A program made the position numbers and the translations under genes. Positions 49,736 through 58,919 of a DNA stretch of 64,000 nucleotides are shown piece after piece. The stretch lies in IMG/VR virus record IMGVR_UViG_3300042465_005589, positions 1-64,000 of that record. The stretch is one strand, 5' to 3'. The notes under the pieces were generated by a model. The model was not told the origin of the DNA. It saw only the letters and a program-made list of their open reading frames with translations, and searched no databases. Numbering within the stretch: position 1 is the first letter of the stretch; every line of letters starts with the position of its first letter.

Positions 49736-51103
49736 TTAGAATCCAAGAGATGATAAGTCAATATCGTCTAAATCATCAAAATCATCATTATAGTCATCAT
49801 CATCACTATCTTCATCAGACATTTTTGATTCGTACTCATGTTTTTTAAGGATTTCTACAATCTCATTAACCATTCTATCAATCATCTTTTTAGCTTCCGG
49901 TTTATCTGCCATAATAGCTTTCGCTAATGTTATAAAATCTTTTGCTTCTAATTGAGACAATTTCATAAATAAATATTGTTGAAGATGTCTTTGGTCCTCT
50001 TCATATAATTTGTCAGGCCAAACATTTCTAAATTTTTCCCAAAATATTGGTCCTAACCTTGAATCCCATATTTCAGCTGGTAATGTATCTTCAGCACCAA
50101 CAACCATACTTCTTTGAACAGGGTCGTTCGGTAAGCCTTGGTCACCATATAATGAGTAAATACCTTTTACAATTTCGTGAACTAATAATGGAAAGGTAAA
50201 AGCTTTTGCTTTAATTGTTGGTGGGTCAGTTTCAGGGTCTGCTTCAGATTGTCCCATTTGACCACTACCACCACCTGCCATTCCTTCCATATCAGGATAT
50301 AACCAATATAAGTGTTCCATTAATGATTGTGTTACACCATATAAATTTAGTAGCTCAGGATTCAATCTATTTATTTCATCACTAACTAATGTATACATAT
50401 GACCACCTTTAAATGCCGCTCCTTGAACTAATGAATTAATCATTCTTCTTTTCGCTTTTTCTAAATTAAATTTTTCCATAGAATCCATAAAGTCTTCTAT
50501 TTCTTCTTGGTGTTCTTCACTTTCTTTAAATGCTTCTTCTACGTCTTCTTCATCCGGTTCTTCAGCTTTATTTTGCATTCCCTCAGAGGCTCCCATAGAA
50601 CCACTAACTAATTCAACATCAAATTGTAATTGTCCTTCAGGAATACCTAATTCTTTTTTAACTAAATTAACCGCTAAATTTTCAAGATATTCTTTATGTT
50701 GACCTTCAACTTGTTTAATTTGTTGTAAACTACGCATAACAGAACTCATTAAACCCATCATAGGGTTATTTCCTTGAATTGGTGTAGTATCACCTAAAAA
50801 CCTTCTTACTTTATCAACGGAGTCTTTAAATCGTTGAGAAGAAATTAATTCAACAAAGTCGTTATCACCATCTTGTGGTAATGCAGGGTGTTCGGCGTAT
50901 GGGGTTTTTCTTTGAGTAATTTGTCTTTCAATACCCGGTTCCATTCTTTCAGGTCCTTCATAACCAACAGGAGCCTCATTTAAAAGACGATTAATTTTTG
51001 TTAATCTAGTTTGTTGACTATTAGTCAATCCTTCATTAATCAATTTCCTATCTAAATCACTTTTGATTTTTAATATTTTTTCCATTTCTAAATTTACGCT
51101 CAT
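49736..51103 (-). CDS. hypothetical protein, probable internal head protein
   Basis: leader with LINE/LLNE sites; acidic tail. Confidence 0.65.
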   Translation of the reverse strand: MSVNLEMEKILKIKSDLDRKLINEGLTNSQQTRLTKINRLLNEAPVGYEGPERMEPGIERQITQRKTPYAEHPALPQDGDNDFVELISSQRFKDSVDKVRRFLGDTTPIQGNNPMMGLMSSVMRSLQQIKQVEGQHKEYLENLAVNLVKKELGIPEGQLQFDVELVSGSMGASEGMQNKAEEPDEEDVEEAFKESEEHQEEIEDFMDSMEKFNLEKAKRRMINSLVQGAAFKGGHMYTLVSDEINRLNPELLNLYGVTQSLMEHLYWLYPDMEGMAGGGSGQMGQSEADPETDPPTIKAKAFTFPLLVHEIVKGIYSLYGDQGLPNDPVQRSMVVGAEDTLPAEIWDSRLGPIFWEKFRNVWPDKLYEEDQRHLQQYLFMKLSQLEAKDFITLAKAIMADKPEAKKMIDRMVNEIVEILKKHEYESKMSDEDSDDDDYNDDFDDLDDIDLSSLGF

Positions 51104-51105
51104 AA

Positions 51106-52098
51106 TTATTTTGTTTTTAACCCTAATTGATTAAATTTTAAAAAACTTGGTAATTCTTTTTTTATTGCCTTAGGAGCACCTTGTTTACTAGGGTCCGGAG
51201 CAAAAGGATGTTTTGGTTTAACACCAGGGCTAACTTTTGGTTTTGCTGGTGCTGTTTTAGTGTCCTCATCCATTTCATGTTTTTTTGCTTTAGGAGCTCC
51301 TTTTTTATTAGGGTCCGGTTGAAATGGGTGTTTTGGTTTAACACCAGGACTAACTTTTGGTTTTGCGGGAGCAGTTTTAGTATCTCCTTCAATTAATTTT
51401 AAAAAATCTTGTTTAGACATTTTAGGTGTTATATGTTTTTCAACTAATCTCATGATGTGTTTTTCTATTTTGTTTTCACCAATAGTAACACTTGGAGATA
51501 TTTTTGTCAAATTTTTTTTAAATCCTCCGGAGACAGCTGCCTCTAATTTCTTATCATAATCTTTAAAGTTAAAATCTTCTTTTGTTTCTTTTTTCTTTTC
51601 AGGTAATTTGTTAAATTTAGTGTTTTGGGCAAATTCATCAGCCATTCTACACCATTTATCTCTAACTTTTTTAGATTGAGATTTATCGTTACATCTTGCA
51701 AAAAAATATTTTTGTTGACTTTTAGATTCAAATTTTTCTTGAAGTTGACTGTCAGAATCATCATCCATACCATCAGGTCCTTGAACCTGTACAGGAGATT
51801 GACTTACCTCACCTTTATCAATATCATTATTATCTACATTACTATCTTCAGTAAATTCTACTTTACCATCAGGTAACATTTTAGCCATCGTCTTTCCTTG
51901 AGTAGATACACCTTTTTTAATTTCATCCGGTGTCGCAATAACTTTAGTTGATGTAACTGTTTGAACTTCTTTAGGTTCTTTCTTACTTTCCAATAAACGA
52001 GTAAACAATGAATTAACTTGTTTTTCTGATAAATATTGTAGTGTTGAGGCTTTAAATCCTTCTTTAATAAGTTTTAATTTTTTTTGATTAGTGTTCAT
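51106..52098 (-). CDS. hypothetical K/P-rich protein with 40-aa internal repeat
   Basis: start MNTNQKK; DTKTAPAKPKVSPGVKPKHPF.PDP...GAPKA twice (120-bp period). Confidence 0.65.
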   Translation of the reverse strand: MNTNQKKLKLIKEGFKASTLQYLSEKQVNSLFTRLLESKKEPKEVQTVTSTKVIATPDEIKKGVSTQGKTMAKMLPDGKVEFTEDSNVDNNDIDKGEVSQSPVQVQGPDGMDDDSDSQLQEKFESKSQQKYFFARCNDKSQSKKVRDKWCRMADEFAQNTKFNKLPEKKKETKEDFNFKDYDKKLEAAVSGGFKKNLTKISPSVTIGENKIEKHIMRLVEKHITPKMSKQDFLKLIEGDTKTAPAKPKVSPGVKPKHPFQPDPNKKGAPKAKKHEMDEDTKTAPAKPKVSPGVKPKHPFAPDPSKQGAPKAIKKELPSFLKFNQLGLKTK

Positions 52099-52498
52099 AT
52101 ACAACTTTTTTTTCAAATTCTAAAACGATATCTCGTTCATATAATTTATTTTTTACTGATTCTTCTGTTTCTCCAAACGAGAAAACTAGTCTAGTTTGTC
52201 TATCAAAATCAACATCATCACTTTCATTTTCATACCCTAAGGCTATTATACCATCCATAGAATCAATCATTGAAAAATAATCAGAGTTTTGAATTACTGA
52301 CATGGTTACCATATCATTCTTCAAAACTCCTACTTTTTTTATGTGTTCTAAATCAGGTGGGAGAGGATATCTATTGGACGGTTTTGAGTCCCAGTTTTCC
52401 CCCCAAATGTTTTCCGAACTATCTGAGAAAATAAATTCATATATGTTATCTCCTTTATAGTTTGGACCTAATTCATTAACATATATTAAATAACTCAT
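52088..52498 (-). CDS. hypothetical protein
   Basis: 136-aa coupled ORF. Confidence 0.65.
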   Translation of the reverse strand: MSYLIYVNELGPNYKGDNIYEFIFSDSSENIWGENWDSKPSNRYPLPPDLEHIKKVGVLKNDMVTMSVIQNSDYFSMIDSMDGIIALGYENESDDVDFDRQTRLVFSFGETEESVKNKLYERDIVLEFEKKVVYEH

Positions 52499-53808
52499 AG
52501 TACTTCACCTTTAGTGTTTACTCTAAGTTGTTTATTATTCATTTCAAATACCAAATTATTTTTATTTGTTTTACCAACTAATTTTGCGTTTGGATATTTT
52601 ATTACTAATTTAGTAGAAGCGACTTCTTGAGAAATACTTTCAGAAATTTGTTTGATTTTAGAAATTTTATTTTTTCTTTCTTCTTTAATCAAATTAGTTT
52701 TTTGTGTTTTATTTTCTAATAATTGTTTTTCTTTTTGGTCAATTTTAAAATAACCTCTTAATACTTCATCAACTTTTGATTCTGTAAACATACCTTCAAA
52801 CATATCTTCTAAATGATTTGCGTGGTCGTCTTTCATTGTGTGAGGATTTAATCTTCTATGTCTTGGGTGAGAAGGTAATTCATCTTCTTCAAAATCAAGT
52901 TCAAAGTCATTATCCATAAACCCTTCAGCCATTTCAGGTTCTACATCCATATCTGCTTGGATATCTTCAACTTCAGTATCATCGGTAAAATCTTCACCAT
53001 CCATATCATCTTCTTGACCAAATTCATTAGCTTCATCTTCTTCAAATTTATTCATGATTTCCTCTTTATCTTCTTCATCTAAAGATTCTAAATCTAACGC
53101 TGATAAGATTGAGTTTATAACGTATTTAACATCTTTAGATGTCATTGGTTCGTCTTCTTGAGCATCTTCAAAGGCTCTTAATTTTTGAGCCAATTTACCT
53201 GTTAGTTTTTGGATTACTTTTAAAGTAACAATTTCATCATCTTCAGGTTCCATTTCATCGTCACCTAAATCAATTTCTTCTTCGTCATCAATATCAAATT
53301 CATCTTCAGGTGCCGGAGCTGGAGCAGGTGCCGGAGCAGGTGCCGGAGCTGGAGCAGGTGCCGGAGCAGGAGCAGGTGCCGGAGCCGGTGCAGATTGTTC
53401 ATCAGTTTCCCCACCTTTCATTTTTAAGATATATTTTGTTGCGTCGTTTTCGTAAAATAAATTAACATTGGTTTCTTGACCTTCGTTAACATTAACTTCT
53501 TTTGCGATTAAATTAAGTCTTTTAAAAGCTTGAGAATAAGAAGAATAATATTTTCTATTTTTCATTGGCTCTAAATAATCTACTTCACCAGCAGATTCTG
53601 TTAAACTTCTTTTAATAACATAACCATTTTTTTCTTTGATAATTTGATAATTTCTACCATCAGCTAATGTTTTAGTATAATCAACTGAAGTACTCTCATT
53701 TATCGGTGTAGGTTTGTTTTCATTATATTTTGCGATTTCCATGATACGTTGAATCTTCTCCATACCTTGTAATTTTTCGCTACCAATCGGTCTTAAATTA
53801 TTTCCCAT
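52495..53808 (-). CDS. acidic protein with (Ala-Pro)n linker, probable core/internal head protein
   Basis: IQRIMEIAKYNE leader, (AP)n tract of about 14 units, D/E tracts, late motif 53839-53845. Confidence 0.65.
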   Translation of the reverse strand: MGNNLRPIGSEKLQGMEKIQRIMEIAKYNENKPTPINESTSVDYTKTLADGRNYQIIKEKNGYVIKRSLTESAGEVDYLEPMKNRKYYSSYSQAFKRLNLIAKEVNVNEGQETNVNLFYENDATKYILKMKGGETDEQSAPAPAPAPAPAPAPAPAPAPAPAPAPAPEDEFDIDDEEEIDLGDDEMEPEDDEIVTLKVIQKLTGKLAQKLRAFEDAQEDEPMTSKDVKYVINSILSALDLESLDEEDKEEIMNKFEEDEANEFGQEDDMDGEDFTDDTEVEDIQADMDVEPEMAEGFMDNDFELDFEEDELPSHPRHRRLNPHTMKDDHANHLEDMFEGMFTESKVDEVLRGYFKIDQKEKQLLENKTQKTNLIKEERKNKISKIKQISESISQEVASTKLVIKYPNAKLVGKTNKNNLVFEMNNKQLRVNTKGEVL

Positions 53809-53949
53809 TTGTTAATTTTTTATAAAATTATTTTATTTATAAATATATTCAGAATTAAGAATGTTAAGATTCTGGTATATTTTTATGGTTTAGTAAAAAC
53901 TTTTTTAAATTATTTATCTATAAATAGTTGGGAATTAAAAAAAAAATGT

Positions 53950-53957
53950 TATTTTTG
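53950..53957 (+). promoter_or_regulatory. Bacteroidota sigma-A -7 element
   Basis: TATTTTTG upstream of 53984. Confidence 0.5.
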
Positions 53958-53983
53958 TATCAAACATTAAAACATTTACTGAT

Positions 53984-54367
53984 ATGAAAAAACTAATCAC
54001 CATCATCCTTTTTATTTTTATCTCAAATTTATCCTTCTCCCAAATAAAAAGGGCGGGTAGTTTTTATGAATTAACTGATTTATGGAAAAAAGATTCTGTA
54101 TCGGTTAAACAATTAATTACCAAGTTTGATTTAAATATTACCAAATTAGATACGGTACAATTCTTTAAACAATTTAACTTAAATAAAGATTTACACACTA
54201 ATTACTCATACGAATGTTATGTGTATAAATTAGATAAGAAGACTAACACTATTTCAATGAAAGAATATTTTCGTCAAAGTCTAAAACCAAAATTAAACAA
54301 ATATGTTATGATTTTCTGTTTTGATAATGATAATGGTGAAAAAATAATTAACATCAAAATATTTTAA
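53984..54367 (+). CDS. small secreted protein (Sec/SPase I)
   Basis: MKKLITIILFIFISNLSFS|Q signal peptide with Gln+1. Confidence 0.75.
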   Translation: MKKLITIILFIFISNLSFSQIKRAGSFYELTDLWKKDSVSVKQLITKFDLNITKLDTVQFFKQFNLNKDLHTNYSYECYVYKLDKKTNTISMKEYFRQSLKPKLNKYVMIFCFDNDNGEKIINIKIF

Positions 54368-54401
54368 AAAAAAAGGGGTCTCGTTAAAGACCCTTTTTTT
54401 T
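54366..54401. terminator. bidirectional intrinsic terminator
   Basis: A tract-ggggtct...agaccc-T tract between convergent genes. Confidence 0.8.
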
Positions 54402-55419
54402 ATTTCATTATTGTTGGAAGTTTAATTATTAATCTTCGATTAGGTGCGGTTTCATTTTGATTTGTTACCTCCGGGAATTTTTTACCGGGTGCGAATTGGT
54501 CTGTTTCACCAATACCTTTAGGAATAAAATTTAACTTAATTCCTGGTAAACTAGATTTAAGAGTTGTTGCAATTTTCTGAGCTCTTTTTTTAGATAAATC
54601 CATATCATAATCTTTTCTTTTTTGACCTGATGCAACTTTACCTTCAGGGTTTCCATCTATAGATGATGAACAAATTACCTCAACATCTCCTTGAACATTA
54701 GAATAATTTGATTTAATAGATTGTACAAAATCATTAAATTCTTTTTGAGCCTCATTTGTTAGTTCAACACTATCAAAATTAAAAGGGCTTGTTATGTTTA
54801 ATTCAAATGGTTTGTCTACCGGTACTTCTTCCGGTTTATTTGAATTAAATGATGTATTGTATTGACCAGGATAGAAATTTATAAGATATGCTTTTCCTCG
54901 ACTTCTATAATATGTTTTAGCTGAGATTATACCATCTTTTGATTCTTGATATCTAGAGTTATTTTTAAAATAATCCCCCGGAAATTCTTGAATACTCGCA
55001 CCATAAACTATTGGAACACCAATAGGTGATTTTTTAGAAGGGGCATCTTGAGGTACTACAGCTATAAACGCAAAATCAAGATTTTTAGTTTGAATAGGTG
55101 CCGCATTAGAATTTACAATTCCTTGCCAATTTTCTGTGGTAAGTTCAATATTAGTTCTAAAATTTTCATCTACAACTTCTTGAGTTTTAACATTATATTT
55201 AAAATCGTATAAATTACCATTTAATGGTTGAGTCGGTTTAACTTCCCCATCTTCATCTACAGATACTTCATATAATTCCCCATCGATTATTTTAATATTA
55301 ATTCCAGTCGCTCCAATACTATAATAAGAGTTATCATCAGAACTATTTTGTTCACTCATAACTCTTTTAACAATTTTATAAAATTCAGACTCAGTTAGTC
55401 TAATAATTTTTTTTCCCAT
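54400..55419 (-). CDS. OmpA-C-like domain protein with putative capsid-targeting leader
   Basis: leader MGKKIIRLTESEFYKIVKRVMSEQ; FNFDSVEL...DLSKKRAQ...KGIGET...NRRLII. Confidence 0.8.
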   Translation of the reverse strand: MGKKIIRLTESEFYKIVKRVMSEQNSSDDNSYYSIGATGINIKIIDGELYEVSVDEDGEVKPTQPLNGNLYDFKYNVKTQEVVDENFRTNIELTTENWQGIVNSNAAPIQTKNLDFAFIAVVPQDAPSKKSPIGVPIVYGASIQEFPGDYFKNNSRYQESKDGIISAKTYYRSRGKAYLINFYPGQYNTSFNSNKPEEVPVDKPFELNITSPFNFDSVELTNEAQKEFNDFVQSIKSNYSNVQGDVEVICSSSIDGNPEGKVASGQKRKDYDMDLSKKRAQKIATTLKSSLPGIKLNFIPKGIGETDQFAPGKKFPEVTNQNETAPNRRLIIKLPTIMK

Positions 55420-55424
55420 AATTT

Positions 55425-56174
55425 TTATTTTTTAAATAAACACCTTTCTTTTAAAGAAAGGGTTTTGTCGGTGTAGTTTGTTTGAAAGTCAAACAATTTT
55501 TGTATATAACCATTTCTTCTTAATGTTTTAAATACCAAATTTTCGTTTGAATACTCACCCCCATCTTCAAGACCTCTAGTTCTATATTTTTTAAGTTTAT
55601 CTTTAAATTTATTAATAATATTATTTGAACTTTCTAATGAAGATTCATCTTCCGCATCGGTAATAACATCGTCAATCATTTTCATCCATTCTTGGGACTT
55701 ATTTTTGATTAATGTTGTATCAATTTCAACATCTTCTTTTTTTGGTTTGGTTATCCATTCATTCAATAACACTGAGTACTCACCACTACTAGTGTGAGGT
55801 TCAGTTGTGTTTTGAACATATAATTCAACATCATAACCAAAAATTGTAATATTATGTTTATCGTTAAATAATGTTTTTTTTAATCGAAACAATTCCTCAT
55901 ATAAAGGTAATTCTTTTTCAGAAAATTGTTTAAAGTCTACAAGAATATGTAAATCAACATCGGAATACTGTGACCAATTATAATTAGATAAAGACCCGGT
56001 CATAACAACATCGTCAACAATCATATCAACACCAATGAAATCAATAAATTCGTAAGCTATTTGCAACAAACGTTCCCTAACCTTTGGGGACATCTCATCG
56101 GATGATTTCCAAATTTTAGGGTTTAACTCATCTTGTAGATGAAAGCTAGACAATATACTTTTTAAGTTACTCAT
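55425..56174 (-). CDS. Pol-beta superfamily nucleotidyltransferase
   Basis: TGSLSNYNW...SDVDLH, DVELY; late motif 56180-56186. Confidence 0.8.
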   Translation of the reverse strand: MSNLKSILSSFHLQDELNPKIWKSSDEMSPKVRERLLQIAYEFIDFIGVDMIVDDVVMTGSLSNYNWSQYSDVDLHILVDFKQFSEKELPLYEELFRLKKTLFNDKHNITIFGYDVELYVQNTTEPHTSSGEYSVLLNEWITKPKKEDVEIDTTLIKNKSQEWMKMIDDVITDAEDESSLESSNNIINKFKDKLKKYRTRGLEDGGEYSNENLVFKTLRRNGYIQKLFDFQTNYTDKTLSLKERCLFKK

Positions 56175-56204
56175 TATCAATAAATACTTAAAAATGTATA
56201 ATTG

Positions 56205-56447
56205 TTAAACTTTTTTGTATTTGAATTTTTTAGATATATCTGTAGTAAAGTATTTCCCTTGAGAATCAGCTAATCTAAATTTGGTATAAACATTATGAGG
56301 TACATCTTCATATTCATATTTCGTCCCATTTTTAAATTCCGCAATCATTTTTTTAGTTGATGTATCGTACTCAGTTCTTACGATGTTTGTTGACTCAATC
56401 TCATTAATGATTTTAGTCCCGTTTATTATTTCTCTTTTTACTGCCAT
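56205..56447 (-). CDS. KTSC-domain protein
   Basis: ESTNI....YD......EFKNG..YEY..VP..VY..F..A.SQGKYF. Confidence 0.85.
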   Translation of the reverse strand: MAVKREIINGTKIINEIESTNIVRTEYDTSTKKMIAEFKNGTKYEYEDVPHNVYTKFRLADSQGKYFTTDISKKFKYKKV

Positions 56448-56745
56448 TTCCTAAAGGTGTTTTTAAGTCGATTATTTTTAGTTTATCCATAAGATAATCA
56501 TTAAACTCATTAAGGTCAACATCACCGAAAAAACTTCTTATTTCAGAAAATATTCTATCTTTCGACCTTGAAAATTTTTGGAAATTACCCATAATATCGG
56601 TTGGGTAATATGGGGGACTTTTTAAATCATCATCGCTCCACCCCTCTCGTTGGAATGCCTTACGTAAATTGTAGTAAGTATCAATTAGTTCATTATCAAC
56701 ACCTAATGTATCAATATACTTCATCCAATGTTTTTTATGTGTCAT
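56413..56745 (-). CDS. hypothetical protein
   Basis: 110 aa; late motif 56750-56756. Confidence 0.6.
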   Translation of the reverse strand: MTHKKHWMKYIDTLGVDNELIDTYYNLRKAFQREGWSDDDLKSPPYYPTDIMGNFQKFSRSKDRIFSEIRSFFGDVDLNEFNDYLMDKLKIIDLKTPLGNGSKKRNNKRD

Positions 56746-56770
56746 GTTTATAAATATAATTCAAATTTGT

Positions 56771-56801
56771 TTTGTACACTCAATATTTTACATTACTTTT
56801 G
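56771..56801 (+). promoter_or_regulatory. Bacteroidota sigma-A promoter (-33/-7) for the Clp gene
   Basis: TTTG 56771-56774, 19-nt spacer, TACTTTTG 56794-56801. Confidence 0.7.
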
Positions 56802-56856
56802 TGGAATCATTTGAGAAAATGAATTTAATACTTATACTTAATTAAAACAATAAATT

Positions 56857-58905
56857 ATGACAGAACCTATGGATGGTGGAAGTAACGGTGGAAATAATAA
56901 ATCAGTTAAGACTGATTCATCAACACCTGTATTAGACAATTTTAGTAGAGACCTTATTAAATTAGCCGAACAAGGAAAACTTGACCCGGTAATTGGTAGA
57001 GAAAGGGAAATCACTAGAATTGCTCAGATTCTTTCACGTAGAAAGAAAAATAACCCAATCATTATTGGTGAACCTGGTTGTGGTAAAACAGCAATCGTTG
57101 AAGGTCTTGCCATTATGATTTATAATGGGGAATGTCCAAGAAACTTAATGGACAAACGTATCGTATCATTAGATATGACATCAATTGTTGCCGGAACCAA
57201 ATATCGTGGACAATTTGAGGAAAGAATGAAAGTTATCATTGAAGAACTTCAAAACGAACCTAACATTATCGTATTCATTGACGAAATCCACACAATAGTT
57301 GGTGCAGGAAATTCATCAGGTTCAATGGATGCGTCTAACATCTTTAAACCAGCACTTGCTCGTGGTGAGATTCAATGTGTTGGAGCAACAACCTTAGACG
57401 AATATCGAAAAAACTTTGAGAAAGACGGAGCGTTAGAAAGACGTTTTCAAAAAGTTGTTGTGGATTCAGCAACCAAAGAAGAAACTTTGGAAATCCTTAA
57501 AAACGTAAAAGACAAATACGAGAACTTCCATAAGGTAACTTATACGGATGAAGTATTGTCTGTATGTGTTGATTTGGCTGACCGTTATATCACTGACAGA
57601 GAATTCCCGGATAAAGGTTTTGATATCATTGATGAAGTGGGAGCAAGAAGTCAAGTTGATATTAAGATGCCGGATTCAATTGAGAAATTGAAACAACAAG
57701 CGTCTGATATCAAACAAGAAAAGATTGATGTTGTAAAACAACAACGATATGAAGAAGCTGCGAACTTACGTGATAAAGAAAAACGTATCTTAACCAAACT
57801 TGAGACTGAAAAGAAAAAGTTTGAAGAAGAACTTCTTACTCACAAAAAAGAAATCACATTAGATTTAGTTTATGAGGTTGTGTCTAACATGACCAAAATT
57901 CCGGTAACCAAATTAAATGCTGATGAGACCAAACTATTATCTGAGATGGAGGCAAACCTATCTGATAAAGTTATTGGACAATCTGAAGCCGTTTCAAAGA
58001 TTGCTAAGTCAATCCGTAGAAACAGAATTGGTATTAAGGACCCGAACAAACCAATCGGTTCATTTATCTTCTTAGGTTCAACAGGTGTTGGTAAAACATA
58101 CTTGGCGAAACAACTAGCAAAACAAATGTTTGGTAGTGAAGATAATATGATTCGTGTGGATATGTCTGAATACCAAGAAAAACACACCATCTCAAGATTA
58201 ATTGGAGCACCTCCGGGATACGTTGGATACGATGAAGGGGGACAATTAACCGAACAAGTGAAAAACAAACCTTATTCTGTAATTCTATTTGATGAGATTG
58301 AGAAAGCTAACAAAGATATCTTCTCAACACTTCTTCAAGTATTAGACGACGGTCACCTTACCGATGGTATGGGGAGAAAGATTAACTTCAAAAATTGTGT
58401 CATCATTATGACCTCTAATGTTGGAGCTAAAAAATTACAAGATTTTGGTTCAGGAGTTGGTTTTAAAACCGGAACAAGCACTTATGCTGATGAAGAATAC
58501 AAACGTGATGTTCTTAAAAAAGAACTTAAGAAATTCTTCACACCGGAATTCTTAAACAGAATTGATGAGGTTGTTATCTTTAACACCCTAATTAAAGATG
58601 ATGTTAAGAAAATTGTGAAATTGGAATTAGACAAACTATCTAAAAGATTAGTTGGTTTGAAATACGATATTACATTTGATGATACCATTTTAGACCTAAT
58701 CTCTGAAGTTGGATTTGATGAGACCTACGGGGCTAGACCAATCAAAAGAGCAATCCAAGATAAAATTGAGGATTTTGTGTCCGAAGAAATTATCAAAGGA
58801 AATATGGTGGAGGGTGTTCCATACACCCTTATATCCGTAGAGAAAGAAGTGGTAGTTAAACCGGAAGTTGTTAAAAAGACAAGAAAGAAAAAAGAGGACA
58901 TATAG
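56857..58905 (+). CDS. clpC: ClpC-like AAA+ unfoldase lacking the N-terminal domain
   Basis: two AAA modules ([13 protein letters not shown]; [15 protein letters not shown]), UVR-like middle domain ([11 protein letters not shown]), ClpP-docking loop GVGF. Confidence 0.88.
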   Translation: MTEPMDGGSNGGNNKSVKTDSSTPVLDNFSRDLIKLAEQGKLDPVIGREREITRIAQILSRRKKNNPIIIGEPGCGKTAIVEGLAIMIYNGECPRNLMDKRIVSLDMTSIVAGTKYRGQFEERMKVIIEELQNEPNIIVFIDEIHTIVGAGNSSGSMDASNIFKPALARGEIQCVGATTLDEYRKNFEKDGALERRFQKVVVDSATKEETLEILKNVKDKYENFHKVTYTDEVLSVCVDLADRYITDREFPDKGFDIIDEVGARSQVDIKMPDSIEKLKQQASDIKQEKIDVVKQQRYEEAANLRDKEKRILTKLETEKKKFEEELLTHKKEITLDLVYEVVSNMTKIPVTKLNADETKLLSEMEANLSDKVIGQSEAVSKIAKSIRRNRIGIKDPNKPIGSFIFLGSTGVGKTYLAKQLAKQMFGSEDNMIRVDMSEYQEKHTISRLIGAPPGYVGYDEGGQLTEQVKNKPYSVILFDEIEKANKDIFSTLLQVLDDGHLTDGMGRKINFKNCVIIMTSNVGAKKLQDFGSGVGFKTGTSTYADEEYKRDVLKKELKKFFTPEFLNRIDEVVIFNTLIKDDVKKIVKLELDKLSKRLVGLKYDITFDDTILDLISEVGFDETYGARPIKRAIQDKIEDFVSEEIIKGNMVEGVPYTLISVEKEVVVKPEVVKKTRKKKEDI

Positions 58906-58918
58906 TCCTCTTTTTTTT
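58888..58918. terminator. bidirectional intrinsic terminator
   Basis: aaaaaagaggac-atata-gtcctctttttttt. Confidence 0.85.
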
Positions 58919-58919
58919 A

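Noticed and set aside
36432-56180. ORF-track starts at 37439, 39174, 44384, 45336, 52116 and 56180 (also 23265)
   Set aside because: They overlap the upstream promoter motif or a neighbouring gene; downstream ATGs at 37421, 39150, 44402, 45312, 52098, 56174 and 23220 fit better.
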